A stretch of 63,275 bases of DNA, counting the filler, from Stramenopiles sp. TOSAG23-3 (taxonomy: Eukaryota), in the NCBI GenBank assembly GCA_900128585.1. It is 12 parts of 12 records of this genome, joined end to end, with 100 filler letters (N's around TTAATTAATTAA, not from the genome) between each part and the next. Parts side by side here need not be neighbours in the genome. Positions count along the whole stretch, not along the records: positions 1 to 5,571 come from LT643486.1; positions 5,672 to 11,237 come from LT643487.1; 10 more parts are not named here. One strand, given 5' to 3'. Every line of letters starts with the position of its first letter. Position 1 is the first letter of the stretch. A model generated the notes under the pieces. It was not told the DNA's origin. It did not search any database and saw only the letters and a program-made list of their open reading frames with translations. The translations under genes and the position numbers were made by a program. Of the stretch, positions 1 to 9,063 are shown one piece after another.

Positions 1-11
1 TTATTTACGAT

Positions 12-1697
12 ATGCCAACCCCCTCCAAGTACTCGACGTGCAAGGCGGACCGAGATGAAGCGGCAAGGAAACGCAATGCACGGTTCAAGAAACGCGAAGT
101 CAAGAGAAAACAGGAGCTAAGAGAGCAAGAGAAACGTAAAAAAGCGAGGACAACATCAGGTGGAGGTGGGCCGAGTTCGGCAAAGTCAACAGTAAAGAAG
201 AGGATTCTCTCTTCGTCAAGCGACACTTCGGACGATGAGTCTGAGAGTGACGGCTCGGTGGTGGATATGGATCCTAATGACTTTCGTCCGTTGAACGGTA
301 AGACGAAGAAGCCGAAGTCAGTGAAGACATTGAACGAGCGAATCAGGAAACTAACTGAAGGGGCAAAAGGACTGAGGACGACAGCAGAAAACCTGGTGAC
401 GCTCATGGAGCATACCCAGGCAGGTGTTGGAGCTAACTCCGACAGGATCGTGCAAGTGCACCAGGCGGCGGTGAGCGAATCGAGACGGATTTCAGAGCGA
501 CAAGAAGCGACCGAAGTGCAAGCCCGGAATCAACAGGATCGCCTAAGCGAGCTCGAAAGTAAGTATCAATCCCTCTTATCCTCCTCTATGACTAACCGGC
601 CAGTGGCCACAACCCAAGCAGCAAGGTCAGAAGACCCCTTCCAGGACGCAACGAGAGAAGTGGAGACTGACACCGTACAAAGCATTTACTGTATCCTCAG
701 GATGGAGAGAAGATCCCTGGTAAGGAAACCGAAGAAAACGCGTGAAGGGATAGCACATTTGGCATTGCTCCTAAGCGAAGTTCACGATTGTAGGGTGCCG
801 ATCCAGCTGGCACGGGCGATTTTCGAGAAGGACTTGTCGAATATCCTGAAGTATGCTCCGATTATGGGGGACGACGCTCAGGAGCTTTACGAAGAGAAAC
901 TTGAGGAGAAGAACAGGAAAACGGCAGCGACGGTGCAGAGCATCACGGACGAAATCCTAAAGGAGTCGATGGCACTCACGACTGATACCTCTGCAGATGA
1001 AGTCGTAGATACGACGACAGAGTCGTTGAACTCATGGCTGATCAACGCGTGGGTATATACGAGACCATTATTGGAAAAATGGTGGAACCCAATTTTCGAT
1101 GGCACGGTAGCAGAGTTTGACACATTTATGGCAAAGGTGAGAACAGATGCGGTAGGGTTCAGTTGGAGTCTAATCGGGAAAGCCCTGAAGAGTGCGATGA
1201 CGAAGGAGAAAAGGGTCATTGGACAATACATGAGAGTACGCAGTCAGGCGAACTCGCGTGCGATGGAAGACTTTCGACTGACGGATCAATTCGATAAGGA
1301 ATTGCAAAAGCAGCAGTTGAAGGCGCTTAGCGAAGTAGTAAAAGAGAGATCCCAAGGACAAAAAGGTGGGGATAAGAAGGATACGAAAAGCGGAACGCCT
1401 AAGGCGAAACCAAAGATGAAAGAAGAATTGGAAAAAGCGATCGCTCAAAGCATGGGAAAAGAGTTTAAACTCTCGTACCAGTCCATCCGAGGACTACCCT
1501 GGCACGTGGACCCGAAGTCGGGTAAGAACGCGTGTCTATATGGGTGCGCGAAGGAAATTTTCGGGGTAGGTGCAATGTGTACCAAAACCAACTGTGAAAG
1601 ATCACACGTAGCAAAAGATTGCTACCCGCACGGTAAGGACTGTGTGGTTGGGAAATGCCCAGAGAGTTGCCCAAGCAGGAAGGACAATAATGAGTGA
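12..1697 (+). CDS. Gag-like ORF1 of the YR retrotransposon
   Basis: 561 aa from ATG, with a basic N-terminus, a coiled coil and a C-terminal Cys/His cluster (CLYGC...CTKTNCERSH...C..H..C....C...C) resembling Ngaro gag zinc fingers. It lies directly upstream of RT. Confidence 0.8.
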   Translation: MPTPSKYSTCKADRDEAARKRNARFKKREVKRKQELREQEKRKKARTTSGGGGPSSAKSTVKKRILSSSSDTSDDESESDGSVVDMDPNDFRPLNGKTKKPKSVKTLNERIRKLTEGAKGLRTTAENLVTLMEHTQAGVGANSDRIVQVHQAAVSESRRISERQEATEVQARNQQDRLSELESKYQSLLSSSMTNRPVATTQAARSEDPFQDATREVETDTVQSIYCILRMERRSLVRKPKKTREGIAHLALLLSEVHDCRVPIQLARAIFEKDLSNILKYAPIMGDDAQELYEEKLEEKNRKTAATVQSITDEILKESMALTTDTSADEVVDTTTESLNSWLINAWVYTRPLLEKWWNPIFDGTVAEFDTFMAKVRTDAVGFSWSLIGKALKSAMTKEKRVIGQYMRVRSQANSRAMEDFRLTDQFDKELQKQQLKALSEVVKERSQGQKGGDKKDTKSGTPKAKPKMKEELEKAIAQSMGKEFKLSYQSIRGLPWHVDPKSGKNACLYGCAKEIFGVGAMCTKTNCERSHVAKDCYPHGKDCVVGKCPESCPSRKDNNE

Positions 1698-1706
1698 GAT
1701 GGAGCG

Positions 1707-3734
1707 GTGGACGAAGACGTCCTGGCAGAGGCTCGGCGAATGGGGATAAACCCCAATCAAATATCGATGAGAGATGGCAAACCATGGTACGAATCAAAGG
1801 AATTTGGACAAATGAATGAAGTAAGAATACCAAGCGCGGACTCGATTACCTTGAATAGGATGATGGCGAAAGGAGAAACGTGGGGACTTGGGTTTGACAA
1901 AGAAATTGATGAACGTCCAAGAATTGAAGGAGTACTTGACGTGGATAGAATTGAAGACGACATGAAAGGTTATTGTGACCAGAGAATAATACAATACTTG
2001 CGATCGGGTATGCCGATGAATCTCTCGATACCGTTCACAACGGAAGAGGTCGCAGAGAATTACAAGATCGACGAGAATGCGATGGAAAAAATTTTAGAAA
2101 AGAATGATGAAGAACTGACAAAACGAGTGGTCGAGGAGTGGTCTAAAGAAACGTTGCCGAGGTTCAGAGAACACCCAGTGGGAGCGATCCCGAAGAACAG
2201 GGCGGAGAGAAAGAAGAAGAACAACAACGAAGTCCACAAGTCCAGAACGATCAGTGACTTCTCAAAGCAGCTCATAGATGGGCTGGCGATTAACAAAACC
2301 ATGGGAGAATTCGAATCGATAGAGCTTCCGCAGGGCGAACGAGTCCACCGCCTCATCGAGGAGGCAGGAAACTGGTGTGATAGAAATGGACTAGATCGAA
2401 CGAAGCTAAGAGGCTTAAAGTTCGATGTCCAAAGCGCGTACCGAATCATCGGGATTGACCCGGCGGATTGGTGGGCTTTCTGTTACAAGCTAGTGGGGAA
2501 GAGATACTTCCATAAGCGAATGCCATTCGGCATTACCTCAGCGGTATACGCATTCCTGCGCATCCCGCTCCTCATACTAACATTTCTACTAACAAAAACC
2601 AACATACAGTCGCTAGGAGCATTCCTAGCGATGTACTTTGACGACCTAGTTGTAATCGCGCACGAATCGAAGATTGAAGAAGCCGGTCGGATTGTCAGAG
2701 AACTTTTTAAACGCTGGAACATTCCAATCCAAGCTACAAAGTGGGCGGAAGAAAACCCGAACGGACTTAAAGGCGCAGAGGAGATTACAATCCTAGGTCT
2801 AGAATACGATTTACCGACCTTTTCGGTCGGGATCCCGGCGCATAGATGCGCCGAGATATTGGAGGAAATCGAATTCGCAAGAGAAAGCTCAAAGAAGTGG
2901 AAGCTGAAGGAAGCAGAGTCCCTAGTAGGTATTCTGTCATGGGCGGCTTGCGCTATACCGCAGCTAAAGACATTCTTAGGGTCAAGCTGGAACTTACTGA
3001 GAATCTGGAACCAATTTGAGAGGCAACGAAGAAAATTACCGGAAAAGATTAAGAACGATTGGAGCGAGATAGCGAGGATCATGAGTAAATTCAACGGAAA
3101 ACAAAGCATCCTCGAACCGGTTTGGAAAATCGCAAAAGCAGAAGGATATGACATAAAGAGTGGGACAGTGTACCCAGCAGCAGACGCGAGCGGATCGATA
3201 GGATGGGGGGTAGCATGCGAACATGGTTTCGCCTACGGGGTATGGTCGGATGACGAGAAAGACCTAAAAATACACCTGAAAGAAGGCCTCGCCTTATTTG
3301 CGCTGATATCTATCTTCGGAGCAGACCTGACAAGACAAAAATGGAAATTAATCCTGCGAAGCGACAACCAAGCACTAGTGTGTGCCCTGAACAAAGGTAG
3401 AGCTAGAGACGACAACTTAAAGGTCATAATGAGGCTGATAGTGGACGAGCTCGTATTCCAAGGGGTAGCTCTTAAATGTTGGAGCGAAAGAAACAAGAAA
3501 GCAGTGGACACGCAATTCATTGGAACGAAAGAGAACACGCTAGCGGATTGCACAAGCAGAGGAGACGTGGACACATACTTCAAGATTACTAACAATTTTC
3601 ACAATTCAAAAACATTACAGACAAGAAGATATCTGCCAGAACGCGGGTTGCGCGCTTGGAAGAAAGCTGTAGAAGAGATGAGGAAAAATTCCTGCATGCG
3701 AAGAATACCAAGACGAGCACGAAGACAGCGTTGA
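1707..3734 (+). CDS. Reverse transcriptase-RNase H (pol) of the YR retrotransposon; frame open from 1698, first ATG at 1740
   Basis: RT motifs FDVQSAYR, MPFG and YFDD; DIRS-type RNase H motifs ADASG.IGWG, IHLKEG, RSDN and NTLAD..SR. Confidence 0.93.
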   Translation: MDEDVLAEARRMGINPNQISMRDGKPWYESKEFGQMNEVRIPSADSITLNRMMAKGETWGLGFDKEIDERPRIEGVLDVDRIEDDMKGYCDQRIIQYLRSGMPMNLSIPFTTEEVAENYKIDENAMEKILEKNDEELTKRVVEEWSKETLPRFREHPVGAIPKNRAERKKKNNNEVHKSRTISDFSKQLIDGLAINKTMGEFESIELPQGERVHRLIEEAGNWCDRNGLDRTKLRGLKFDVQSAYRIIGIDPADWWAFCYKLVGKRYFHKRMPFGITSAVYAFLRIPLLILTFLLTKTNIQSLGAFLAMYFDDLVVIAHESKIEEAGRIVRELFKRWNIPIQATKWAEENPNGLKGAEEITILGLEYDLPTFSVGIPAHRCAEILEEIEFARESSKKWKLKEAESLVGILSWAACAIPQLKTFLGSSWNLLRIWNQFERQRRKLPEKIKNDWSEIARIMSKFNGKQSILEPVWKIAKAEGYDIKSGTVYPAADASGSIGWGVACEHGFAYGVWSDDEKDLKIHLKEGLALFALISIFGADLTRQKWKLILRSDNQALVCALNKGRARDDNLKVIMRLIVDELVFQGVALKCWSERNKKAVDTQFIGTKENTLADCTSRGDVDTYFKITNNFHNSKTLQTRRYLPERGLRAWKKAVEEMRKNSCMRRIPRRARRQR

Positions 3735-4672
3735 ACAGTTGGAAGAGATTCTGCAGAGATACCGGAGTGAAAGAGAGGATCGAATTCGAAGGAGGAAGAG
3801 AGGAAGAGCAAACGAAATGGATTTGTCTTTGGCTCCAATACGAGAAAGAGAGAGTACATGGTCCGGGAAAAATGATGGGCAAGAAGTGCATCAATTCATT
3901 CACATCGTTTACGGTGTACCTAGCAGGTCTGCAAAGAGATGTAGCAAACCGAGGTCTGAAGTGGAACCCGACATGGAAGCTCGAGCGAAAATTGAGAGTG
4001 CTAAGAAATGAGTACAGCAGCGGGGAAAAGAGGAAGCTCCCTCTGCTAATGCCGATGGTTAGGAAGTTGCTAGACGACCGAATAATTAATCGACATGATG
4101 GGAAAGGCTTAGAGACAGCATGCATTATGCTGTTATCAATTTACGGTTTGATGAGAATTTCAGAGGTTTTGCAGTTGGAGGTGAACGACATAAATACTCA
4201 ACCGTCAGGCGACATGGAGGTAACGATCAGGCATTATAAGAACCAAGCAGCGTTCGGTGGGCTAGCAGCTCACATTCCGATTGCGAAGACGATGAGACAC
4301 TGCCCAGTGGAGATGATAAATACAGTGATGCGAGGTAAAAAGAACTCGGACAGGATTTTCACGTTAACAAGAGATCAGTATAGCTATAGACTGAAGAAAG
4401 CACTAGCAAGGATTGGATTCAACGATATGAAGTACGACACGCATTCAGGACGGATAGGTGGAGTAACGATGCTTTGGAATAATGGAGTGCAAGATAGCGT
4501 GATCCAAAAACTTGGGCGATGGACGAGCGATTGCTGGAAGGTCTACATCAGACTAGGGAAAGAACACTGCAAGAAGATGCTGAAAATAATAGAATCATCG
4601 ATGATGAAATCGAGAGACGTGATTAGTAGAACAAAATGCATAATAAGAGTTGACACAAAAAAGTTGAGGTAA
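3656..4672 (+). CDS. Tyrosine recombinase of the YR retrotransposon; frame open from 3593, first ATG at 3872
   Basis: Catalytic signature GLMRISE (R), HYKN (K), HSGRIGG (HxxR) and LGRWTSDCWKVY (W...Y). Overlaps the end of pol in the -1 frame. Confidence 0.92.
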   Translation: MEESCRRDEEKFLHAKNTKTSTKTALNSWKRFCRDTGVKERIEFEGGREEEQTKWICLWLQYEKERVHGPGKMMGKKCINSFTSFTVYLAGLQRDVANRGLKWNPTWKLERKLRVLRNEYSSGEKRKLPLLMPMVRKLLDDRIINRHDGKGLETACIMLLSIYGLMRISEVLQLEVNDINTQPSGDMEVTIRHYKNQAAFGGLAAHIPIAKTMRHCPVEMINTVMRGKKNSDRIFTLTRDQYSYRLKKALARIGFNDMKYDTHSGRIGGVTMLWNNGVQDSVIQKLGRWTSDCWKVYIRLGKEHCKKMLKIIESSMMKSRDVISRTKCIIRVDTKKLR

Positions 4673-4867
4673 GTACCGCGAGGCTAACAGTTCATATTTT
4701 GGGGAGGGGGCGTAGAAGAGGAGAAGCCCTCTCCCGTCATTGTGTTTTAGCGATGACAGCTGGCCTCAAGGGAGGCGGTTGACGGGGAATCTTTGAAAAG
4801 GCCCTGTCCTCTGGCCCACACGAGTGGGTCCAGGGAGGAGTTTCGGGAATGAACTTATTGGCGTTGG

Positions 4868-4946
4868 AGTTTGGCTTTCGCCTAGAAGCGAAGCGCCTTG
4901 GAGCTGAAGCGATGCGCTTTGGAACCACAGCGATGCTTCTGAGCCA
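4868..4946 (+). repeat. Direct repeat copy 1 (putative B1 of a split direct repeat)
   Basis: AGTTTGGCTTTCGCCTAGAAGCG...CTTCTGAGCCA, 79 bp, identical to 5493-5571. Confidence 0.95.
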
Positions 4947-5492
4947 TGATTATTTCGCCTGCTAACGCATTCGGAGAATAGCGATAGCAGAGCGCTATAA
5001 TCTTTTTATCCGAGGCGACGGAGGATTTATTCCTGCACCCAGTTCCCTATCAAGACAATATATGTTTATTGTCGTTGAGATAAGGATGATGGAGGAGAAG
5101 AGTCCATGATGGACGACGAGAGGATTTAAGCGATGAAACGCTATTACGGCGTAGGGAGGTGACGAGAAGACGTTCGTAACGAATTTCTTGGATGACGAAT
5201 TTCTGATTCGTTCATTATTAGCGACACAGGTACGGACTAGCAAGGCGAGCTAGTTGTCCGACGCGTACCAAAATATTATATGTGATGATCATTTCGATCA
5301 ACATGATGCACATACTCGGATGGGTTGGTAAATTGTTTCAGGGTTTCAAATACGATGCGTATTTTGAAAGTTAACCCAGAGTTAATCTCTATTTTGAAAC
5401 GTTTACAACATTTCAACAAACATTCACACCTTCAATTTTTTTTTTTTTTTTTGAAGGATGAGGTGATGTTTAGTGTTGGATGTAGGGTGTGC

Positions 5493-5571
5493 AGTTTGGC
5501 TTTCGCCTAGAAGCGAAGCGCCTTGGAGCTGAAGCGATGCGCTTTGGAACCACAGCGATGCTTCTGAGCCA
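5493..5571 (+). repeat. Direct repeat copy 2 (putative B2), truncated by the contig end
   Basis: Identical to 4868-4946; the contig ends inside it. Confidence 0.95.
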
Positions 5572-5671
5572 NNNNNNNNNNNNNNNNNNNNNNNNNNNNN
5601 NNNNNNNNNNNNNNNTTAATTAATTAANNNNNNNNNNNNNNNNNNNNNNNNNNNNNNNNNNNNNNNNNNNN
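5572..5671. other. Artificial contig spacer (44 N + TTAATTAATTAA + 44 N). It recurs at 11238, 16903, 22566, 28227, 33888, 39548, 45207, 50865, 56519 and 62169.
   Basis: Identical 100-nt linker with stops in all six frames; contig lengths decrease from about 5571 to 5550. Confidence 0.99.
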
Positions 5672-5750
5672 AATTCAAAATGTCGTCAGTTTTTCTTTTT
5701 TGTTTTATTCGTTCCCTATTTGTATATAATATAGTCTCTATTATGTTCCT
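5672..5750 (+). repeat. Left copy of a 79-bp perfect inverted repeat at the two ends of contig 2
   Basis: Exact reverse complement of 11159-11237. Confidence 0.95.
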
Positions 5751-5997
5751 GTTGTTATTTTTTAAAATTATTATTATTATTATATGATTATTATTTTCTA
5801 CTACTTATGCAAAAAACACGCATTTCTTTCATTCATTCACTTCTTCTTCAAAAAACCCTTTGATGCGCAGCACGGCAGTTTTTCGATTTTTGCTTTTTGT
5901 TGACAGTTAGACTTCTTTCCTAGCAAAGAATCGGTTGCCCCCGACGACGGAAGGGAAAGTGTCAGAAGGCTGTACTAAATAATTAGCTTGGCCAAAT

Positions 5998-8900
5998 ATG
6001 TCGAAATCAACGTCCTCTGTGCAGGTTGCGGTGCGTATGCGCTGCTTCATCCATGCGTATGAAGTGGACAAGGCCACCATGGTCCCGCACAAGCACGTGA
6101 AGAAAATCATACGGATGGATCCCCCGGTAACCATAATCACACATCCAGAGACTGGGCAAGAGAAGAATTTTACGTACGACTTTAGTTATGACTCCTTCGA
6201 CTCGAAAGCCGAGGGCTTTGCGTCCCAAGAGACAGTGTGGAAGGATCTGGGATACATAGTATTAGATAATGCATGGGAAGGGTACAATGTCACCCTCTTC
6301 GCATACGGCCAGACTGGAGCAGGCAAGTCTTACAGTATGACGGGCGGCTCGGACCCTGCCTCAGAGGGAATCATGCCCCGGGCGACCCGGGAAATTTTTA
6401 AACGCGTGTCGGAGAACAAAGATCCCGAACTTACGTACAAAGTGGAAGTCAGCATGTTGGAGGTCTACATGGAAAAGATTCACGACCTGTTCGACCCCAA
6501 GAAAGGCGGGAGCAAGGGCTTGAAGTTGAGGGAAAATCCCGCCATCGGCGTGTACGTTGACGGGTTAGAGGCGCGCCTGGTGAACAACTACGATGAAATA
6601 GCGAATTGGATGGAAATAGGAATTTCAAACAGAACGAAAGCCTCCACGCAAATGAACGCCGACAGTTCGCGGGCGCACACGGTCCTGGAAGTTACGCTGA
6701 CCCAGTCGCGGCTGAAGAAAGGGGAGAAAAAGGCCCAAGTAAAGGTGAGCAAGATTAATCTCGTGGACTTGGCCGGGAGCGAGCGGCTTTCAAAAACCGG
6801 GGCAAAGGGCAAGACGATGCTCGAAGGGCAAAAAATCAATTTGTCATTGACCACGCTGGGGCGGGTCATCAACGCCTTGGCGTCCAACAGTGGGGCCGCG
6901 CGGAAGAAGATTCTAGTGCCGTACCGGGAGAGCAAGCTCACCTACTTATTGAAGAACTCGTTGGGCGGGAATAGTAAAACAATCATGATCGCTGCGATTG
7001 CCCCGAGCAGCGTAAATTATGACGAAACGTTGGGGACTTTGCAGTACGCCGCGAGGGCCAAGAAAATCCAGAACAAGGCCGTGGTGAACGAGGATACGAC
7101 AACGAAGCTGGTAAAGAACCTGAAAAAAGAGATCGAAGCCCTGAAAGCGCAGCTGCAGGGCGGCGGCGCCGCCAGCAAGTCTAGCTCCCCAGGCGCAGAC
7201 AGCGCTTCCCGGGAGCGAAAAATATGGGAGGGAGAGCGCGAAGCATTGATGTTGCGATTGAAGGAGAGCGAGCAGCTGGCGCAAAGGGCAACAATGACGT
7301 GGGACGAAAAGGCGATAGAAACGAAAGCCGCCGCGGAGGACCAAGGCATGGACGAGTTGTTGGCCCAGCGCGAGAAGGCAAAAACGAACCCTTGCCTGAC
7401 GAACATGAGCGAAGACCCTCAGATGGACGGCCGTATTATGTACTTTTTAGAGTACGGCCGAGAGATCACCTTTGGCAGAAAAGATGCCAAGCCGAAGCCT
7501 GATGTCATTTTGGCTGGCTTGAACATTGCAAAACTGCAGTGCACGATCAAGGCCGACACGGACAACGGCGAAGGGTTCGTTTTGTCCAACCCCAAAGGCA
7601 GCAAAACCTACGTGAACGGGATCCCCGTCCAGAAGGGCACGTCCGTGGCGTTGGCAAGGCACGCCAGGATCATCTTTGGGAGCAGCAATGTTTTTCGATT
7701 GCAAATTCCAGACGCGGGAGACGGCGGGAAAACGGCACGTCGGCCTGACCATGTTACGTGGCACCACGCCATCGAAGAATTGAACCAGGGGCAAATGGCG
7801 GCGTTCGAAGACCAGCACCGGGAGGAGCGGGAGAGGGCCGAGAAGGTGCGCCGGGAGATGGAGCAGAAACTAAAGGAAATGGAACAGATGATCAACTTGG
7901 AGCGAGAAAAGGGTGGGGCTCGTGCGGAAGAGCTGGAGGCCCAACTGGAGGAGCAGCGGGAGCGCGCAGAGCGCTTGGCGAGGCGAAAGGCGAAGGAGGC
8001 CCACCAGCGGAGTTTAATGGACCAACAGTTGCTGAAAGCGATTGGGATGGTGGAAGAGGCGAATTCCATTGCTTTGGAACTGGAGCAGGGGATGTGCTTC
8101 AGCATCAAGTTGCGCGTAAACCAGTCGCAGGCGGTGAGAGAGGCAACCGAGGACGATTTTGTCGCGGAGAAGGAGGTCTACATTAAGATCGATTACGACG
8201 ATGCCGGCAGCCCGTCCGCAATGTGGCGATACGAGCCGAAATTTGTCAATCGATTATACGCAATGCGCGAGCTGTACCAAGAATTTGTTGACGCAGGAAG
8301 AAATTTGCAGAACGTTCTATCGAACCTTGTTCCCACGGAAAACCCTTTCTTGGACGATGCGACCGACCAGTCGATTGGAAAGGCATTGATATACTTAGAG
8401 CCGTTGATGTACTTGATGGACGTCGAAGAACGAACGTCTATATACGATTTCAAAGGAAAGTCTATGGGTGACCTGTCCGTTGAGATAAAGGTGTACGCCG
8501 ACGAGGGCTGCACACGACGGTTTGATGGCATTGAGCTCGACGAAGGCGTGGAAGACGAGCTGACCATGCTGGAGGGGAAAACCATTTTTATCGCTGTCCT
8601 CGTGGACAAGGCTCAGGGGATCCCCCCCGAGCTTAGCCGAGACGTGTTTGTGAAATTTTCGTTTTGGCCAGAAGAGAATTCTTACGAAGTGCCTCGTTGC
8701 AGAAATAAAACGATAAACCCCGTGTTCAACCACACAAAAGTGTTTGCGATTCAAGTCACCAAGGACTTCATCAACCATGTGCAGCAGACGGCGTTGGAAT
8801 TCGATTTAATTGGCTCACGGGGCCCCGCAAATTCTGGCAACATAATGAACAGCATCAATTCCACGGGAGGCAATGGCCGAAGCGAAGCGGGTCGAATCGC

Positions 8901-9063
8901 TGAACTGGAAGCAAAGCTAGCGGAAATGAAGATGAAGGAAGAAGAATTCGAGCGGTTTCGGAATGTGATCACGTCCAACCCGGAGGCCAGGAAGCACGTC
9001 GAGAAAGCAATGGAAACGGCGGGGGTGAACCCAAACGAGAGCAGTGTTTGTGCTGTAATGTAA
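5998..9063 (+). CDS. Kinesin-3 family motor (KIF28/KLP-6-like): motor, FHA, coiled coil, C2-like domain, C-terminal CaaX
   Basis: P-loop GQTGAGKS, switch motifs NADSSRAH and DLAGSE, VPYRESKLT, FHA-like segment (FGR...TYVNG...RIIFG), and C-terminal CAVM. Confidence 0.95.
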   Translation: MSKSTSSVQVAVRMRCFIHAYEVDKATMVPHKHVKKIIRMDPPVTIITHPETGQEKNFTYDFSYDSFDSKAEGFASQETVWKDLGYIVLDNAWEGYNVTLFAYGQTGAGKSYSMTGGSDPASEGIMPRATREIFKRVSENKDPELTYKVEVSMLEVYMEKIHDLFDPKKGGSKGLKLRENPAIGVYVDGLEARLVNNYDEIANWMEIGISNRTKASTQMNADSSRAHTVLEVTLTQSRLKKGEKKAQVKVSKINLVDLAGSERLSKTGAKGKTMLEGQKINLSLTTLGRVINALASNSGAARKKILVPYRESKLTYLLKNSLGGNSKTIMIAAIAPSSVNYDETLGTLQYAARAKKIQNKAVVNEDTTTKLVKNLKKEIEALKAQLQGGGAASKSSSPGADSASRERKIWEGEREALMLRLKESEQLAQRATMTWDEKAIETKAAAEDQGMDELLAQREKAKTNPCLTNMSEDPQMDGRIMYFLEYGREITFGRKDAKPKPDVILAGLNIAKLQCTIKADTDNGEGFVLSNPKGSKTYVNGIPVQKGTSVALARHARIIFGSSNVFRLQIPDAGDGGKTARRPDHVTWHHAIEELNQGQMAAFEDQHREERERAEKVRREMEQKLKEMEQMINLEREKGGARAEELEAQLEEQRERAERLARRKAKEAHQRSLMDQQLLKAIGMVEEANSIALELEQGMCFSIKLRVNQSQAVREATEDDFVAEKEVYIKIDYDDAGSPSAMWRYEPKFVNRLYAMRELYQEFVDAGRNLQNVLSNLVPTENPFLDDATDQSIGKALIYLEPLMYLMDVEERTSIYDFKGKSMGDLSVEIKVYADEGCTRRFDGIELDEGVEDELTMLEGKTIFIAVLVDKAQGIPPELSRDVFVKFSFWPEENSYEVPRCRNKTINPVFNHTKVFAIQVTKDFINHVQQTALEFDLIGSRGPANSGNIMNSINSTGGNGRSEAGRIAELEAKLAEMKMKEEEFERFRNVITSNPEARKHVEKAMETAGVNPNESSVCAVM

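Larger units (their letters stand above)
1..5571 (+). mobile_element. Tyrosine-recombinase (DIRS-order) retrotransposon, Ngaro-like; 5' terminus and the end of the 3' repeat are not on the contig
   Basis: Ordered gag-like (C-terminal Cys/His knuckles), RT-RNaseH and tyrosine recombinase ORFs. A 79-bp direct repeat in the 3' region (4868-4946 = 5493-5571) fits split direct repeats. No methyltransferase ORF seen. Confidence 0.9.

Noticed and set aside
4667-4690. AG|GTAAGT donor-like site overlapping the YR stop, followed by GCTAACAG (possible 22-nt intron)
   Set aside because: Splicing to 4690 or 4750 adds only a few residues before a stop, and there is no evidence for such tiny introns elsewhere in the window.
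4673-5571. Hammerhead or HDV-like ribozyme in the retroelement 3' region
   Set aside because: No CTGANGA...GAAA core found on either strand and the HDV pairing order could not be completed by eye; a covariance search is needed.
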